Source: an uncultured Collinsella sp. | Lineage (GTDB): Bacteria; Actinomycetota; Coriobacteriia; Coriobacteriales; Coriobacteriaceae | Assembly: GCA_902481895.1 (NCBI GenBank) | Contig: CABSYR010000003.1 | Coordinates: 46,692 to 110,691, forward strand | Length of the DNA stretch: 64,000 nucleotides | Direction of reading: 5' to 3' | Shown: piece by piece, positions 11,490 through 21,273 of the stretch | Layout of the letters: each line of letters starts with the position of its first letter | How positions within the stretch are numbered: position 1 is the stretch's first letter | Translations under genes and position numbers: made by a program | The notes under the pieces: model-generated | Databases searched by the model: none | Seen by the model: only the letters and a program-made list of their open reading frames with translations | What the model was told of the DNA's origin: nothing

Positions 11490-12851
11490 CTACAAAATAA
11501 ATCGAAGGACGTCGGAACGAAGCATATAAACAAACAGCAGCGCAAAGAGCGCGATGCCGACATAGCTGACAATTGTCTGCACCTTGAGTGGCAGCTCGCG
11601 ATCGGCGACCATTTGGATGATCTCGATAACCAGCTTTCCCCCGTCGAGCGGCGGAATGGGCAGCAAGTTCATAAAGCCCAGCGAGAATGAGATGAGCGCT
11701 GCAAACGACAGGAACGTTACGGGGCCGGCAGCAGCCGCCTGAGAGGACATGACGCTGATGCCCACGATCGAAGAAGACTGATCGAGAATCTCCATCGTAT
11801 GCTGCGGCTGGAGCAGGCGCATCACGCCCTCCGCGGTCTGCACAACATAGGAGAATGACAGACGCGCCGAGGTGATGGGGTCCAAACGGACTACCTCCGT
11901 TGAAGCATACACACCTAACCGCTCGTCCTCTTTGAGCGCAACCGTGGTCGAATGCTGCTTGCCGTCACGCTCGTACTCGATGGCGATATCGTCCTTACCG
12001 GCGGCCTTGCCGATAGCATCGTAAACGTTCATCCATGTGGAGCACGATACACCGTCAACCGAAAGGATCGCATCACCAGCCTCGATACCCGCCTTGGCGG
12101 CAATAGACCCCTCGTCAACCTGACCGATCACGTTGGTATCGATCGGCACGGTGACACCCGCAATGGAATAGATGCTCATAAGCAGCAAAAAACCCGTCAG
12201 GATATTGACGAGAATGCCCGCGAGCAGCATAAAGGCGCGCTTGAGAAAGCCCTGGCCAAGATAAGTGTGCGAGCGCTCTTGCGCCAAGAAATCAGCCTCG
12301 CCGCACGGCAGCTCCCACACATCGCCCTCGGCAGTCGCATGCTCTCGATCGAACCGGCGGCCGTCAAAGGTGGTGTAACCCGCCGCGTCTCGCGGCAGCG
12401 TCTGATACTTGGTGGGATAGTAGCTCGGCGAGGGTTTCTCCCCTTCCTCATACCAGGGAGCGATGGAGCCCCAGCCCAGCAACAGAGCACAAGCCTCGAG
12501 CACATCCTCCTCGGAAAGCTCGAGCTCGACAGCAAGGTCGGCCACGGTCACGCGACCATGACGGTAGATAGCCGCGAGCACGCGATCGGCGCAGGAGACA
12601 TCGGTCGGATCCATACCGCAGATGGCAGCGTAGCCACCCAGCAGCAGCGGGGTCACTCCAAACTTGGTTCCAATGCGACGCGACGTGTAATGGATGTCAA
12701 AGCGGCACGGCAGGCCCAAAAAGAACTCGGTCACACGGACGCCGCAGGCACGCGCCGCCAAAAAGTGGCCGCCCTCGTGCAAAAACACGAGGACGGAAAG
12801 CATCAGCAGGCCCCAAAAGACCGATGAGAGAACGCTCAGAACAGTATCCAT
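11490..12851 (-). CDS. rseP: RIP/site-2 metalloprotease (M50) with PDZ domain and a large N-terminal insertion
   Basis: HEGGH zinc motif, PDZ (GSIAAKAGIEAGDAILSVDG), NLLPIPPLDGG. Sits in the dxr-rseP-ispG context. Start uncertain. Confidence 0.92.
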   Translation of the reverse strand: MDTVLSVLSSVFWGLLMLSVLVFLHEGGHFLAARACGVRVTEFFLGLPCRFDIHYTSRRIGTKFGVTPLLLGGYAAICGMDPTDVSCADRVLAAIYRHGRVTVADLAVELELSEEDVLEACALLLGWGSIAPWYEEGEKPSPSYYPTKYQTLPRDAAGYTTFDGRRFDREHATAEGDVWELPCGEADFLAQERSHTYLGQGFLKRAFMLLAGILVNILTGFLLLMSIYSIAGVTVPIDTNVIGQVDEGSIAAKAGIEAGDAILSVDGVSCSTWMNVYDAIGKAAGKDDIAIEYERDGKQHSTTVALKEDERLGVYASTEVVRLDPITSARLSFSYVVQTAEGVMRLLQPQHTMEILDQSSSIVGISVMSSQAAAAGPVTFLSFAALISFSLGFMNLLPIPPLDGGKLVIEIIQMVADRELPLKVQTIVSYVGIALFALLFVYMLRSDVLRFIL

Positions 12852-12876
12852 AAAACGAAAAAGCAATCCTTATGGG

Positions 12877-14064
12877 TTAGGAACGGGTTGCGACGAGTAC
12901 CTGCGCAGCCTTTTCACGCGCCCACGCATCGATGTCGCGAAGCTGCTCAAACGAATCGACCGCCTGCATATCGTGGGCATCCATGCAGGATTCCACAATG
13001 CGATCGATATCGGTAAAGCTGCAGCCATCGTGCAGGAAGGCATCGACGGCGACCTCGTTGGCGGCATTGAGCACGCACGGCATGGTGCCACCCGTCTTGC
13101 CGGCACGCTCGGCCAGTGCCAGACAGCGGAAGGTATCCATGTCGGCAGCATCAAACGTGAGCTGTCCCAACTCGCGAAAATCGATACGAGGCGCCGGGGT
13201 ATCCCAACGCTCGGGATACGAGAACGCGAACTGGATGGGAATACGCATGTCGGAAGCACCGAGATGCGCCATCACGGAGCCGTCGGCGAACTCGACCATA
13301 GAGTGAATCTTAGACTGACGCTGCACGACCACGTTAATGAAATCGAGGCCGCAGTTAAACAGATGCATGGCCTCAATTCGCTCCAGGCCCTTGTTCATGA
13401 GGGTGGCGGAGTCGATGGTGATCTTGGCGCCCATGGCCCACGTGGGATGTGCGAGGGCATCGGCACGCGTCACGCGATTGAGCTCGTCGCGCGTGCGGCC
13501 AAAGAACGGACCGCCCGAGCAGGTGAGCCAAATACAATGAGCCTCGCGCGGGTCCTCCCCCAGATAGCACTGGTAGATGGCGGAGTGCTCAGAGTCGACT
13601 GGAATAAGCTGGCCCGGTTGCGCCAACGGCATAAGCAAGTCGCCACCGACGACGAGGGACTCCTTGTTGGCAAGGGCAAGGCGCTTATTCGAGGTCAAGG
13701 CCGCATGGCTCGCCTCGAGACCGGCGGCACCCACAATAGCGACGAGTACGCAGTCGACATCGTCGCGACGCGCGAGCTCGCAAACCGCCTGCGCGCCAAC
13801 GCCGAGCTTCGTTCCCTCGGGCAACTCCTGCAGCACGGCGTCATCGCCATGAGCGACATCGGCCACGGCAACCGCCGAAACCGAGAACTCGCGGGCAGCG
13901 GCAACAAGCTCGGAGGTACTGGAGTTAACGGACAGCGCCGTCACCTGCAGGCGATCGGCATGCTGGCGGCACACATCGAGCGCCTGGGTGCCGATGGAGC
14001 CCGTACAACCCAGGATGGCAACACGGAGGCGTCCATCGGGGCCATACGTCGTCTGGAATGACAT
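12877..14064 (-). CDS. dxr: 1-deoxy-D-xylulose 5-phosphate reductoisomerase
   Basis: LGCTGSIG, LANKESLV, PVDSEHSA, KITIDSAT and NAANEVAV motifs. Confidence 0.97.
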   Translation of the reverse strand: MSFQTTYGPDGRLRVAILGCTGSIGTQALDVCRQHADRLQVTALSVNSSTSELVAAAREFSVSAVAVADVAHGDDAVLQELPEGTKLGVGAQAVCELARRDDVDCVLVAIVGAAGLEASHAALTSNKRLALANKESLVVGGDLLMPLAQPGQLIPVDSEHSAIYQCYLGEDPREAHCIWLTCSGGPFFGRTRDELNRVTRADALAHPTWAMGAKITIDSATLMNKGLERIEAMHLFNCGLDFINVVVQRQSKIHSMVEFADGSVMAHLGASDMRIPIQFAFSYPERWDTPAPRIDFRELGQLTFDAADMDTFRCLALAERAGKTGGTMPCVLNAANEVAVDAFLHDGCSFTDIDRIVESCMDAHDMQAVDSFEQLRDIDAWAREKAAQVLVATRS

Positions 14065-14963
14065 TACAGCACGCCTCCGATCATCAGCATCAGCTGCGCG
14101 GTGATGCAGCCGAAGATAAGCGAATCGCTACGATCGAGCATGCCGCCGTGGCCCGGGATAAGGTTGCCGGAATCTTTGACGCCCACACCGCGCTTGATGC
14201 GCGACTCGATAAGGTCGCCGATAACGCCCAGGACGGACACGACCACGCCGCACAGCAGCGCATAGGGCAGGCTGAGCTTGTAGAAGTGCGTCGCCCACAG
14301 GATGAGCCAAATCAAAACCGAGCCCAGAATGCCGCCGACAAACCCCTCCCAGCTCTTTTTGGGAGAGATCTTGGGAACCATCTTGTGCTTACCGATACGG
14401 CTGCCCACGATATAGGCAAACGAATCGGAGACCCAAAGGGACGCACAAACACCCACCGAAAGCAGGGCGCCGGCAAAACCGGGCACGGCATCGCGCAGCA
14501 GCACGATAGCCGACAGCATAAAACCGGTGTAGATGGGACCCATGAGTGTCACGGCAACATCGGATATGCGGGTACGCGGCGACCAGACATACCAAATGCC
14601 CACAGCGAGCATCAGGGCAAAAAGCAGGGCATTCAGCAGCATCGAATCGCCCAACGCCGACAGCGGAAAGAGCACGGCGGCAGCGATACCCATGCGCTCG
14701 TTAGCCATCTTGCCATCGAGCCTTGTCATACGGAAAAACTCATAGCAGCACAGACCGCTCATGACGGAAACAAAGATGGCCGTGGGCACGATACCCAAAA
14801 CCAGGCACAGGATAAAGACAACGGCGTAGACGATACCGGCGGCGGCACGGGTAATAAAGCCCGCCAGCCACGAACCGGTGCCGCTCTTCACTGCAGGCGT
14901 TCCCGCAGTGGCAGCTTTGCGCGCAGGCGTCTTGGGAGCAGATGCCTTGGGACGATCGGACAC
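14064..14963 (-). CDS. cdsA: phosphatidate cytidylyltransferase
   Basis: Polytopic membrane protein with SPKKSWEG and GDLIESRIKR...KDSG..IPGHGGMLDRSDS. Confidence 0.95.
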   Translation of the reverse strand: MSDRPKASAPKTPARKAATAGTPAVKSGTGSWLAGFITRAAAGIVYAVVFILCLVLGIVPTAIFVSVMSGLCCYEFFRMTRLDGKMANERMGIAAAVLFPLSALGDSMLLNALLFALMLAVGIWYVWSPRTRISDVAVTLMGPIYTGFMLSAIVLLRDAVPGFAGALLSVGVCASLWVSDSFAYIVGSRIGKHKMVPKISPKKSWEGFVGGILGSVLIWLILWATHFYKLSLPYALLCGVVVSVLGVIGDLIESRIKRGVGVKDSGNLIPGHGGMLDRSDSLIFGCITAQLMLMIGGVL

Positions 14964-14965
14964 GA

Positions 14966-15760
14966 TTAAGCCTCCTCGGTCTTGCTCAGTCCACCAAACC
15001 TACGGTCACGGCCCTGATAGGCCAAAATGGCGTCGACAAGGCCCCAACGATCAAAGTCGGGCCAATAGGTATCGGTGACGTAGAATTCGGAATAAGCCAC
15101 CTGCCACAGCAGATAGTTCGAAAGGCGCAGCTCACCAGAAGTGCGAATCACAAGCTCAGGATCGGGAAGGCCGGCGGTATAGAGGTGGGAAGCCACCATG
15201 TCGTCATCAATTGCGCCAGGATCGATCTTACCGGCGGCGGCGTCGAGTGCGATCTGACGGACAGCGCGGGTAATCTCGGCACGCGCGCCGTAGTTGACGG
15301 CAAGCGCCAGCGTCATGCCGGTGTGATTGGCGCACTCGGCAAGACCGCGTTCAAAAACGTCGCGGGTCTTCTTGGGCAGCGCGGAAATGTCACCCAAAAA
15401 GACAACGCGCACGTTTTCGCGCTTCAGAAGCGGCAGCTCGTCGATAAACGTCTTGGCAAACAGGTGCATCAAGACGTTGACCTCATGCTGCGGGCGGTTC
15501 CAGTTTTCGGTAGAAAACGCATAGGCCGAAAGCACGTCGACGCCCAGACGCACGCAGGCGGTAATAATCTCACGAAGGGAGACGATACCCGCCTTGTGGC
15601 CCTCGGTGCGTGCAAGACCGCGCGATGTGGCCCAACGACCATTGCCGTCCATGATGCACGAGATATGGTGCGGAATGTTATTGAGGTCAAGGTCGGAAAA
15701 ACCGACGCCCGCAGGGGCGTCGGCAAAGTACTCGACCAGTTTATGCTCGTCGTATTGCAC
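14966..15760 (-). CDS. uppS: undecaprenyl diphosphate synthase
   Basis: IMDGNGRWA, YAFSTENWNRP and IRTSGELRLSNYLLWQ motifs. Confidence 0.96.
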   Translation of the reverse strand: MQYDEHKLVEYFADAPAGVGFSDLDLNNIPHHISCIMDGNGRWATSRGLARTEGHKAGIVSLREIITACVRLGVDVLSAYAFSTENWNRPQHEVNVLMHLFAKTFIDELPLLKRENVRVVFLGDISALPKKTRDVFERGLAECANHTGMTLALAVNYGARAEITRAVRQIALDAAAGKIDPGAIDDDMVASHLYTAGLPDPELVIRTSGELRLSNYLLWQVAYSEFYVTDTYWPDFDRWGLVDAILAYQGRDRRFGGLSKTEEA

Positions 15761-15761
15761 C

Positions 15762-16298
15762 TTAGATCTCCATGACCTCGGCTTCTTTTTCCTTCAGAAG
15801 CTCCTCGACCTTGGCGACATACTCATCGGTGTGCTTCTGGACCTTGGCCTGCTCGCGACGGACATCGTCCTCGGTGAGCTCCTCATCGCGCTCAAGCTTG
15901 TTGTTGAAGTCGCGACGGATGTTACGGATAGACACCTTGGCCTGCTCGGCGTACTCGCGGCACTCCTTGACGAGCTCGCGACGGCGCTCCTCGGTGGGAG
16001 CCGGGAACGGCAGACGAACGACGGTGCCATCGGAGTTGGGGGTAATACCCAGATCGGAAGCGCCGATGGCCTTGACGATAGCGTTGATGAGTGCCTTGTC
16101 CCACGGCTCGATGAGCAGCATGTGGGCCTCGGGGGTCTTGACGGCGGCAACCTGCGTGACCGGCGTGGGAACACCGTAATAATCGACGGTGATGTCGGAC
16201 AGAATGTTGGCATTGGCGCGGCCGGTACGGACCTTGGAGAAGTTATGCTTGAGGGACTCGAGCGACTTGTCCATATGGGCGGTGATGTTCTCTGCCAT
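15762..16298 (-). CDS. frr: ribosome recycling factor
   Basis: RTGRAN, VDYYG, TEERRRELVK and IRNIRRD motifs. Confidence 0.97.
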   Translation of the reverse strand: MAENITAHMDKSLESLKHNFSKVRTGRANANILSDITVDYYGVPTPVTQVAAVKTPEAHMLLIEPWDKALINAIVKAIGASDLGITPNSDGTVVRLPFPAPTEERRRELVKECREYAEQAKVSIRNIRRDFNNKLERDEELTEDDVRREQAKVQKHTDEYVAKVEELLKEKEAEVMEI

Positions 16299-16300
16299 GC

Positions 16301-17023
16301 TTAATCCTCCTGATAGACGAGCGTGCCGACGGGCTCACCCGCGAGCGCGCGCTTGACGGTGTCCTCGCCATCGATGTTGAGGACCAAAATCGGCATACGG
16401 TTATCCTGGCACAGTGCCGTAGCCGTGGAATCCATAACCTGCAGGCCGCGGACGAGCACCTCGTGATAGGTAATCTTGTCAAAACGGACGGCATCGGCGC
16501 ACTTGACGGGATCCTTGTCGTAGATGCCGTCAACCTTGGTGGCTTTAATCAGAATCTCGGCGCCGATCTCGCACGCACGAAGAGCCGCGGCGGTGTCGGT
16601 CGTAAAGTACGGATTGCCCGAACCGGCAGCGAAGATGACGACGTTGCCCTTGGAAAGGTGGTTGATGGCGCGACGGCGAATATAGGGCTCGCAGATCTCG
16701 TTCATCTGGATAGCGCTCATCACGCGGCAGGGAACATCGTTATGCTCGAAGGCATCCTGCAGGGCGAGCGCGTTCATAACGGTTGCCAGCATGCCCATGT
16801 AGTCGGCCTGAGCACGCTCCATGCCACCGGCAGCGCCGGCCATGCCGCGGAAAATATTGCCGCCGCCGACAACGACGCCGACCTCATGGCCAACGGCTAG
16901 CAGCTCCTTGACCTGCTTGGCAAGATGGTCGGTAACCTTGGGGTCGATGCCATATTGGCCGTCGCCCATCAGTGCTTCGCCGGAAAGCTTAAGAAGCACG
17001 CGTTTATATCGGATGTCGGACAA
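16301..17023 (-). CDS. pyrH: UMP kinase
   Basis: [19 protein letters not shown] and [13 protein letters not shown] motifs. Confidence 0.97.
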   Translation of the reverse strand: MSDIRYKRVLLKLSGEALMGDGQYGIDPKVTDHLAKQVKELLAVGHEVGVVVGGGNIFRGMAGAAGGMERAQADYMGMLATVMNALALQDAFEHNDVPCRVMSAIQMNEICEPYIRRRAINHLSKGNVVIFAAGSGNPYFTTDTAAALRACEIGAEILIKATKVDGIYDKDPVKCADAVRFDKITYHEVLVRGLQVMDSTATALCQDNRMPILVLNIDGEDTVKRALAGEPVGTLVYQED

Positions 17024-17083
17024 AGCGATCCTCCTTTAGATTGAACTCTCAATATTCTATCAAAGGCTCTAAGAAGAGCCATG

Positions 17084-17118
17084 AAAAAGCAGGCTGTGAG
17101 TAAAACCCACAGCCTGCT
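17084..17118 (-). terminator. intrinsic terminator after tsf
   Basis: AGCAGGCTGTG...CACAGCCTGCT stem with a U-tract on the minus strand. Confidence 0.8.
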
Positions 17119-17141
17119 CATTACCAGCTACAAGAGCTTAT

Positions 17142-18011
17142 TTACTCGCCACGGACCAGACGGTCAAAGGCAACGACGGTAATGGTGTCGCCGAGCTCCT
17201 TGGAGACCTGCTCAGCGTACTTCTTGATGGTGAGGGAGCTGTCCTTGATGAACTCCTGCTCGGTGAGCACGGACTGCTTGTAGAACTTCTCCAGACGGCC
17301 GACAGCCATCTTCTCCTGGATAGCCTCGGGCTTACCGGACTCGGCAGCCTGAGCCATGTAGATCTGCTTCTCGTGCTCGACGGTCTCGGCCGGAACCTGA
17401 TCGCGGGTAGCGCAGATCGGGGCGACGGCGGCAACCTGAAGGGCAACGTCGTGAGCGAAGGTCTTGAAGGATTCAGCCTGAGCGGTCTCAGCCTTCTCGA
17501 AGGCGAACTCGACGAGGACGCCGATCTTACCACCCATGTGGATGTAAGAAGCGAGCGCGCCGTTCTCAGCCTTGCGGGCAGCGAAGCGGGAGATCTTCAT
17601 GTTCTCGCCCATGATGTGAATCATCTCGGTGAGCTCGGAGGAAACGGTCTCCTCGCCCATCGGCTTCTCGAGCAGAGCATCGACGTCAGCAGGCTCGGTG
17701 GTAGCGACAACCTCAGCGACCTTGGAAGCAAAGCCGGTGAACTTGGCGTTAGAGCCAACGAAGTCGGTCTCGCAGGAGAGCTCGAGCAGAGCGCCGGTCT
17801 TGCCATCCTCGGAGACGAACGCGGCGACAGCGCCCTCGTTGGTCTCACGGCCAGCCTTCTTGGCAGCCTTGGCAAGGCCGTTCTTACGCAGAACGTCGAC
17901 AGCGGCGTCCATGTCGCCGTCAGCCTCGACGAGAGCCTTCTTGCACTCCATCATCGGGGAGTCGGTCATCTCGCGGAGCTGCTTGACCATAGCGGCGGTA
18001 ATCTGGGCCAT
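17142..18011 (-). CDS. tsf: elongation factor Ts
   Basis: VKQLREMT...MMECKKAL and ELSCETDFV motifs. Start ATG 18011 (MAQIT). Confidence 0.97.
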   Translation of the reverse strand: MAQITAAMVKQLREMTDSPMMECKKALVEADGDMDAAVDVLRKNGLAKAAKKAGRETNEGAVAAFVSEDGKTGALLELSCETDFVGSNAKFTGFASKVAEVVATTEPADVDALLEKPMGEETVSSELTEMIHIMGENMKISRFAARKAENGALASYIHMGGKIGVLVEFAFEKAETAQAESFKTFAHDVALQVAAVAPICATRDQVPAETVEHEKQIYMAQAAESGKPEAIQEKMAVGRLEKFYKQSVLTEQEFIKDSSLTIKKYAEQVSKELGDTITVVAFDRLVRGE

Positions 18012-18056
18012 TGTGGTTCCTTTCAAAGAGATGAAAAAGAATTAACTAAGACTGAT

Positions 18057-18785
18057 TTACTCGGCCTTGGGCTCAGCGGCCATCTCGGCCTCGGAGACCT
18101 GCTCCTTGCCGGAGCCGGCGAGGCAGGCGTCAGCCATGAGCTCGCACATAAGGGTGACAGCGGAGATAGCGTCATCGTTGCAGGGGATGCCGTACTCGAC
18201 CTCGTCGGGATCGGAGTTGGTGTCGATCAGGGCGACGACGGGGATGTTCAGGCGCTGGGCCTCCTTGATGGCGTTCTCCTCGCGCTTGGTGTCGATGACG
18301 AAGAGAGCCTGGGGCAGACCCTTCATGTCGCGGGCGCCACCGAGGTTGGTCTGGAGCTTAGTGAGCTCCTTGCCGAGAACAGCCTGCTCCTTCTTGGGCA
18401 GAACAGCCATGCGGCCGTCCTCGACCATGGCCTCGAGCTCCTCCATGCGGTTGATGCGGGAGCGGATGGTGACGAAGTTGGTCAGCATACCGCCGAGCCA
18501 ACGCTGGTTGATGTAAGGCATGTTGGCGCGCTCAGCAGCGTTCTTGACGGCCTCCTGAGCCTGCTTCTTGGTGCCGACGAACAGCACGTTGCCACCCTTG
18601 GCGACGTTCTTGACGAAGGTGTAGGCCTGGTCGGCGTCGAGGATGGTCTGCTTGAGGTCGAGGATGTAGATGCCGTTGCGCTCACCGAAGATGAACGGCT
18701 TCATCTTGGGGTTCCAGCGACGGGTCTGGTGACCGAAGTGGCAGCCGGCCTCGAGAAGGGTGCGGATATTAATCTTGGTAGCCAT
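18057..18785 (-). CDS. rpsB: 30S ribosomal protein S2
   Basis: [19 protein letters not shown] and RWLGGMLTN motifs. Confidence 0.98.
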   Translation of the reverse strand: MATKINIRTLLEAGCHFGHQTRRWNPKMKPFIFGERNGIYILDLKQTILDADQAYTFVKNVAKGGNVLFVGTKKQAQEAVKNAAERANMPYINQRWLGGMLTNFVTIRSRINRMEELEAMVEDGRMAVLPKKEQAVLGKELTKLQTNLGGARDMKGLPQALFVIDTKREENAIKEAQRLNIPVVALIDTNSDPDEVEYGIPCNDDAISAVTLMCELMADACLAGSGKEQVSEAEMAAEPKAE

Positions 18786-18789
18786 GTTA

Positions 18790-18893
18790 AACCTCCTGTG
18801 GTTTGCCTCCGCGCGGGGTCATCCTCCAAAACCAACCCGGACATGTGCTACCAAAGCCCGAGCACCACGGTATGAAGTAGCCGCGCGTGCGTG
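18790..18893 (-). promoter_or_regulatory. rpsB 5' leader (S2 autoregulatory RNA-like)
   Basis: CACGCACGCGCG...GGTGC...CCCGCGCGGAGGC resembles the conserved S2 leader layout. Upstream promoter TTGGCA-17-TATCAT with TG extension (-10 at 18927-18932). Confidence 0.65.
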
Positions 18894-19004
18894 ATAAAAA
18901 CATGTTGCCGTGAAGCAACCCGATGAATGATAGCAGGAATGCATCTTCCTGCCAACCCGCAATCAAAACCACACACCTGAGTGCGGCGCGGGACGTCCCA
19001 GCCA

Positions 19005-19925
19005 CTATTCGCCGCGGGGATGGGCTTGAGCCACGGCACGTTTGAGCCGATCGGGCGTGAGATGCGTGTAAATCTGCGTTGTAGACAGGCTCGCATGGCC
19101 CAGCAGCTCTTGAACCGAGCGCAGGTCCGCACCGCCCTCGAGCAAATCGGTCGCAAAGGTATGGCGCATCGCATGCGGGGCAATGTCGGCCGGAATGCCG
19201 GCGAGCGTCGCCAGCGTATGGAACCGCCGCCTGAGCATGGCGGCACTCATGCGATTGCCGCGCGCCGATATAAGCAGCGGATGCGGCCCGGTAGCGGGGT
19301 CACGGCGCTTTGCCTGAGCGAGCAACTCCGGCCTCCCCTCCTCAATATAGAGACGCGTCGCCTCGAGTGCGCGACGATACAGAGGGACGATACGCTCCTT
19401 GCTCCCCTTGCCCCAAAGTCGCAGCGTTCGCTCGGACCAACCAATAGACTCCACGTTGAGCGCCGCGAGCTCCGAGATTCGCGCGCCGGAGGCATAGAGC
19501 AACTCAAGCATCGCCGCATCGCGCAGTCCCGCGGGCGTCGAGGTATCAGGCGTCTTGAGCAGCGCCTCGACCTGCTTGGTCGTAAGGACGCCCGGCAGGT
19601 CACGCGGCAGCTTGGGCGATGCGATCGCCGAGACCGCATCGCCCTCGACAATCCCCTCGGCAGCCATCCAGCGATAGAGAGATCGGATAGCCGACAGGTG
19701 CGCCGCAAGCGTTCGGGGAGCCACCTGCTCACGCGAAAGCTCAGCAAGATAGCGACGAATGGTGCGCACGTCGGCAGCGAAAGCATCAATATCCTCGCGC
19801 TCGCACCAGGCAGCAAAGCGCTCTAGCCTCGAGCCATAGGCCGTCACCGTGTTGGGAGAAAGACCCTCGACGCGTGCGATATAGGCGATAAACGAGTCGA
19901 CGGTGTCGTACAGGTCAAAGGCTAT
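19005..19925 (-). CDS. xerC: tyrosine recombinase XerC/D family
   Basis: LYASGARISEL, GKGSKER, PHAMRHTFATDLL and LLGHASLSTTQIYTH motifs. The frame extends upstream of GTG 19847 with the conserved N-terminal helix. Proposed start ATA 19925. Confidence 0.9.
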   Translation of the reverse strand: MAFDLYDTVDSFIAYIARVEGLSPNTVTAYGSRLERFAAWCEREDIDAFAADVRTIRRYLAELSREQVAPRTLAAHLSAIRSLYRWMAAEGIVEGDAVSAIASPKLPRDLPGVLTTKQVEALLKTPDTSTPAGLRDAAMLELLYASGARISELAALNVESIGWSERTLRLWGKGSKERIVPLYRRALEATRLYIEEGRPELLAQAKRRDPATGPHPLLISARGNRMSAAMLRRRFHTLATLAGIPADIAPHAMRHTFATDLLEGGADLRSVQELLGHASLSTTQIYTHLTPDRLKRAVAQAHPRGE

Positions 19926-21259
19926 GACCGTTCGCCCCCAAACAGGTCGGAGCGCGTCACCAGGTAAGCGTCAAGGGCTTCGATCGCGCGGTCGGCGTAG
20001 GCCTGGTAGCGATCACGCTTGCTGCGGCGCTTGCCGTCCTCGAGTGGCGGCACCAGGCCAAAGTTGACATGCATAGGCTGATAGCCCACGGTGGCAGGAT
20101 CGGTCGCATAGCCCACGAGCGCACCTAGGGCGCCCACACGCGGCAACTCGACGCCCGCGGCACCGATAGCCTCGGCATAGGTGTTGAGCGCCGCGAGAAG
20201 ACCTGTCGCCACGGCTTCCATGTACCCCTCGGTGCCGGTGATCTGACCGGCCAGGCGCACGCCGGTACCGGGCACGGCAAAGGTGCCATCGAGCACGTGC
20301 GGAGCGTCGACAAAGGTATTGCGATGCATGACACCGTAGCGGAAGAACTCAGCGTTCTCCAAGCCCGGCACCATATGGAAGACGCGCTTCTGCTCGCCAA
20401 AGGTCAAGTTGGTCTGGAAGCCCACCAGGTTATAGGCGGTCTTCTCCTTGTTCTCGGCACGCAGCTGTATCGCTGCCCAGGGGCGACGTCCGGTACGCGG
20501 GTCGGTGAGGCCAACGGGCTTCATGGCGCCAAAGCGAATGGCGTCCTTGCCGGTGCGCGCAACTTCCTCGGCAGGCTGGCAGGCCTGGAACAGATCGCCG
20601 CCCTCAAAGTCTTTGAGCACCACGCGGTCGGCCGTGGTAAGCGCCTCGATAAAGGCCTCGTACTCCTCCTTATTGAGCGGAGCGTTGAGATAGTCGCCGC
20701 TCCCCTGCTCCTCGTAGCGCGACTGCGAGAACAGCACGTCCATATCGAGCGTGGAGGCATCGACGATCGGCGCCGCGGCATCGAAAAACGCAAGGGCGTC
20801 GCCGCCGACGAGCTTCATGACCTCTTCGCTCAGCGCCGGTGAACACAGCGGGCCCGCGGCAATGACCACGTGGCCCTCGGGAATCTGCGTGACCTCGCCG
20901 TGCACGACCTCGATATTGGGACGAGCGGCAACCTCGGCCTCGACAAGCTCGGAAAACTTGACGCGGTCGACCGCCAAGGCGCCACCGGCGGGAACAGCCG
21001 CGCGATGGGCGCAATCGAGCAGGACTGAACCCATGCGCTCAAGCTCGGCCTTCAGCAAACCAGCCGCGGAATCCGGACGGGTCGACTTAAACGAATTGGA
21101 GCAGACGAGCTCTGCCAGGTGATCGGTATGGTGGGCCGGGGAGCTCACCTGGGGGCGCATCTCGCACAGCTTTACGGCAAACCCGCGATCTGCCAGCTGG
21201 ATCGCGCACTCCGAACCCGCCAGACCGCCACCGATAACTGTCACCTGATCGAACTGCAT
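19922..21259 (-). CDS. trmFO: folate/FAD-dependent tRNA U54 methyltransferase
   Basis: VIGGGLAGSE, AELVCSNSF, FGAMKPVGL, LVGFQT, RYGVMHRN and AGQITGTEGY motifs. Confidence 0.96.
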   Translation of the reverse strand: MQFDQVTVIGGGLAGSECAIQLADRGFAVKLCEMRPQVSSPAHHTDHLAELVCSNSFKSTRPDSAAGLLKAELERMGSVLLDCAHRAAVPAGGALAVDRVKFSELVEAEVAARPNIEVVHGEVTQIPEGHVVIAAGPLCSPALSEEVMKLVGGDALAFFDAAAPIVDASTLDMDVLFSQSRYEEQGSGDYLNAPLNKEEYEAFIEALTTADRVVLKDFEGGDLFQACQPAEEVARTGKDAIRFGAMKPVGLTDPRTGRRPWAAIQLRAENKEKTAYNLVGFQTNLTFGEQKRVFHMVPGLENAEFFRYGVMHRNTFVDAPHVLDGTFAVPGTGVRLAGQITGTEGYMEAVATGLLAALNTYAEAIGAAGVELPRVGALGALVGYATDPATVGYQPMHVNFGLVPPLEDGKRRSKRDRYQAYADRAIEALDAYLVTRSDLFGGERS

Positions 21260-21273
21260 CTGCAAACACCTTT

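Noticed and set aside
19005..19925. Prophage or island integrase
   Set aside because: Size, motifs and the dprA-trmFO-xerC-rpsB context indicate the housekeeping Xer recombinase. No cargo genes or att repeats are seen.
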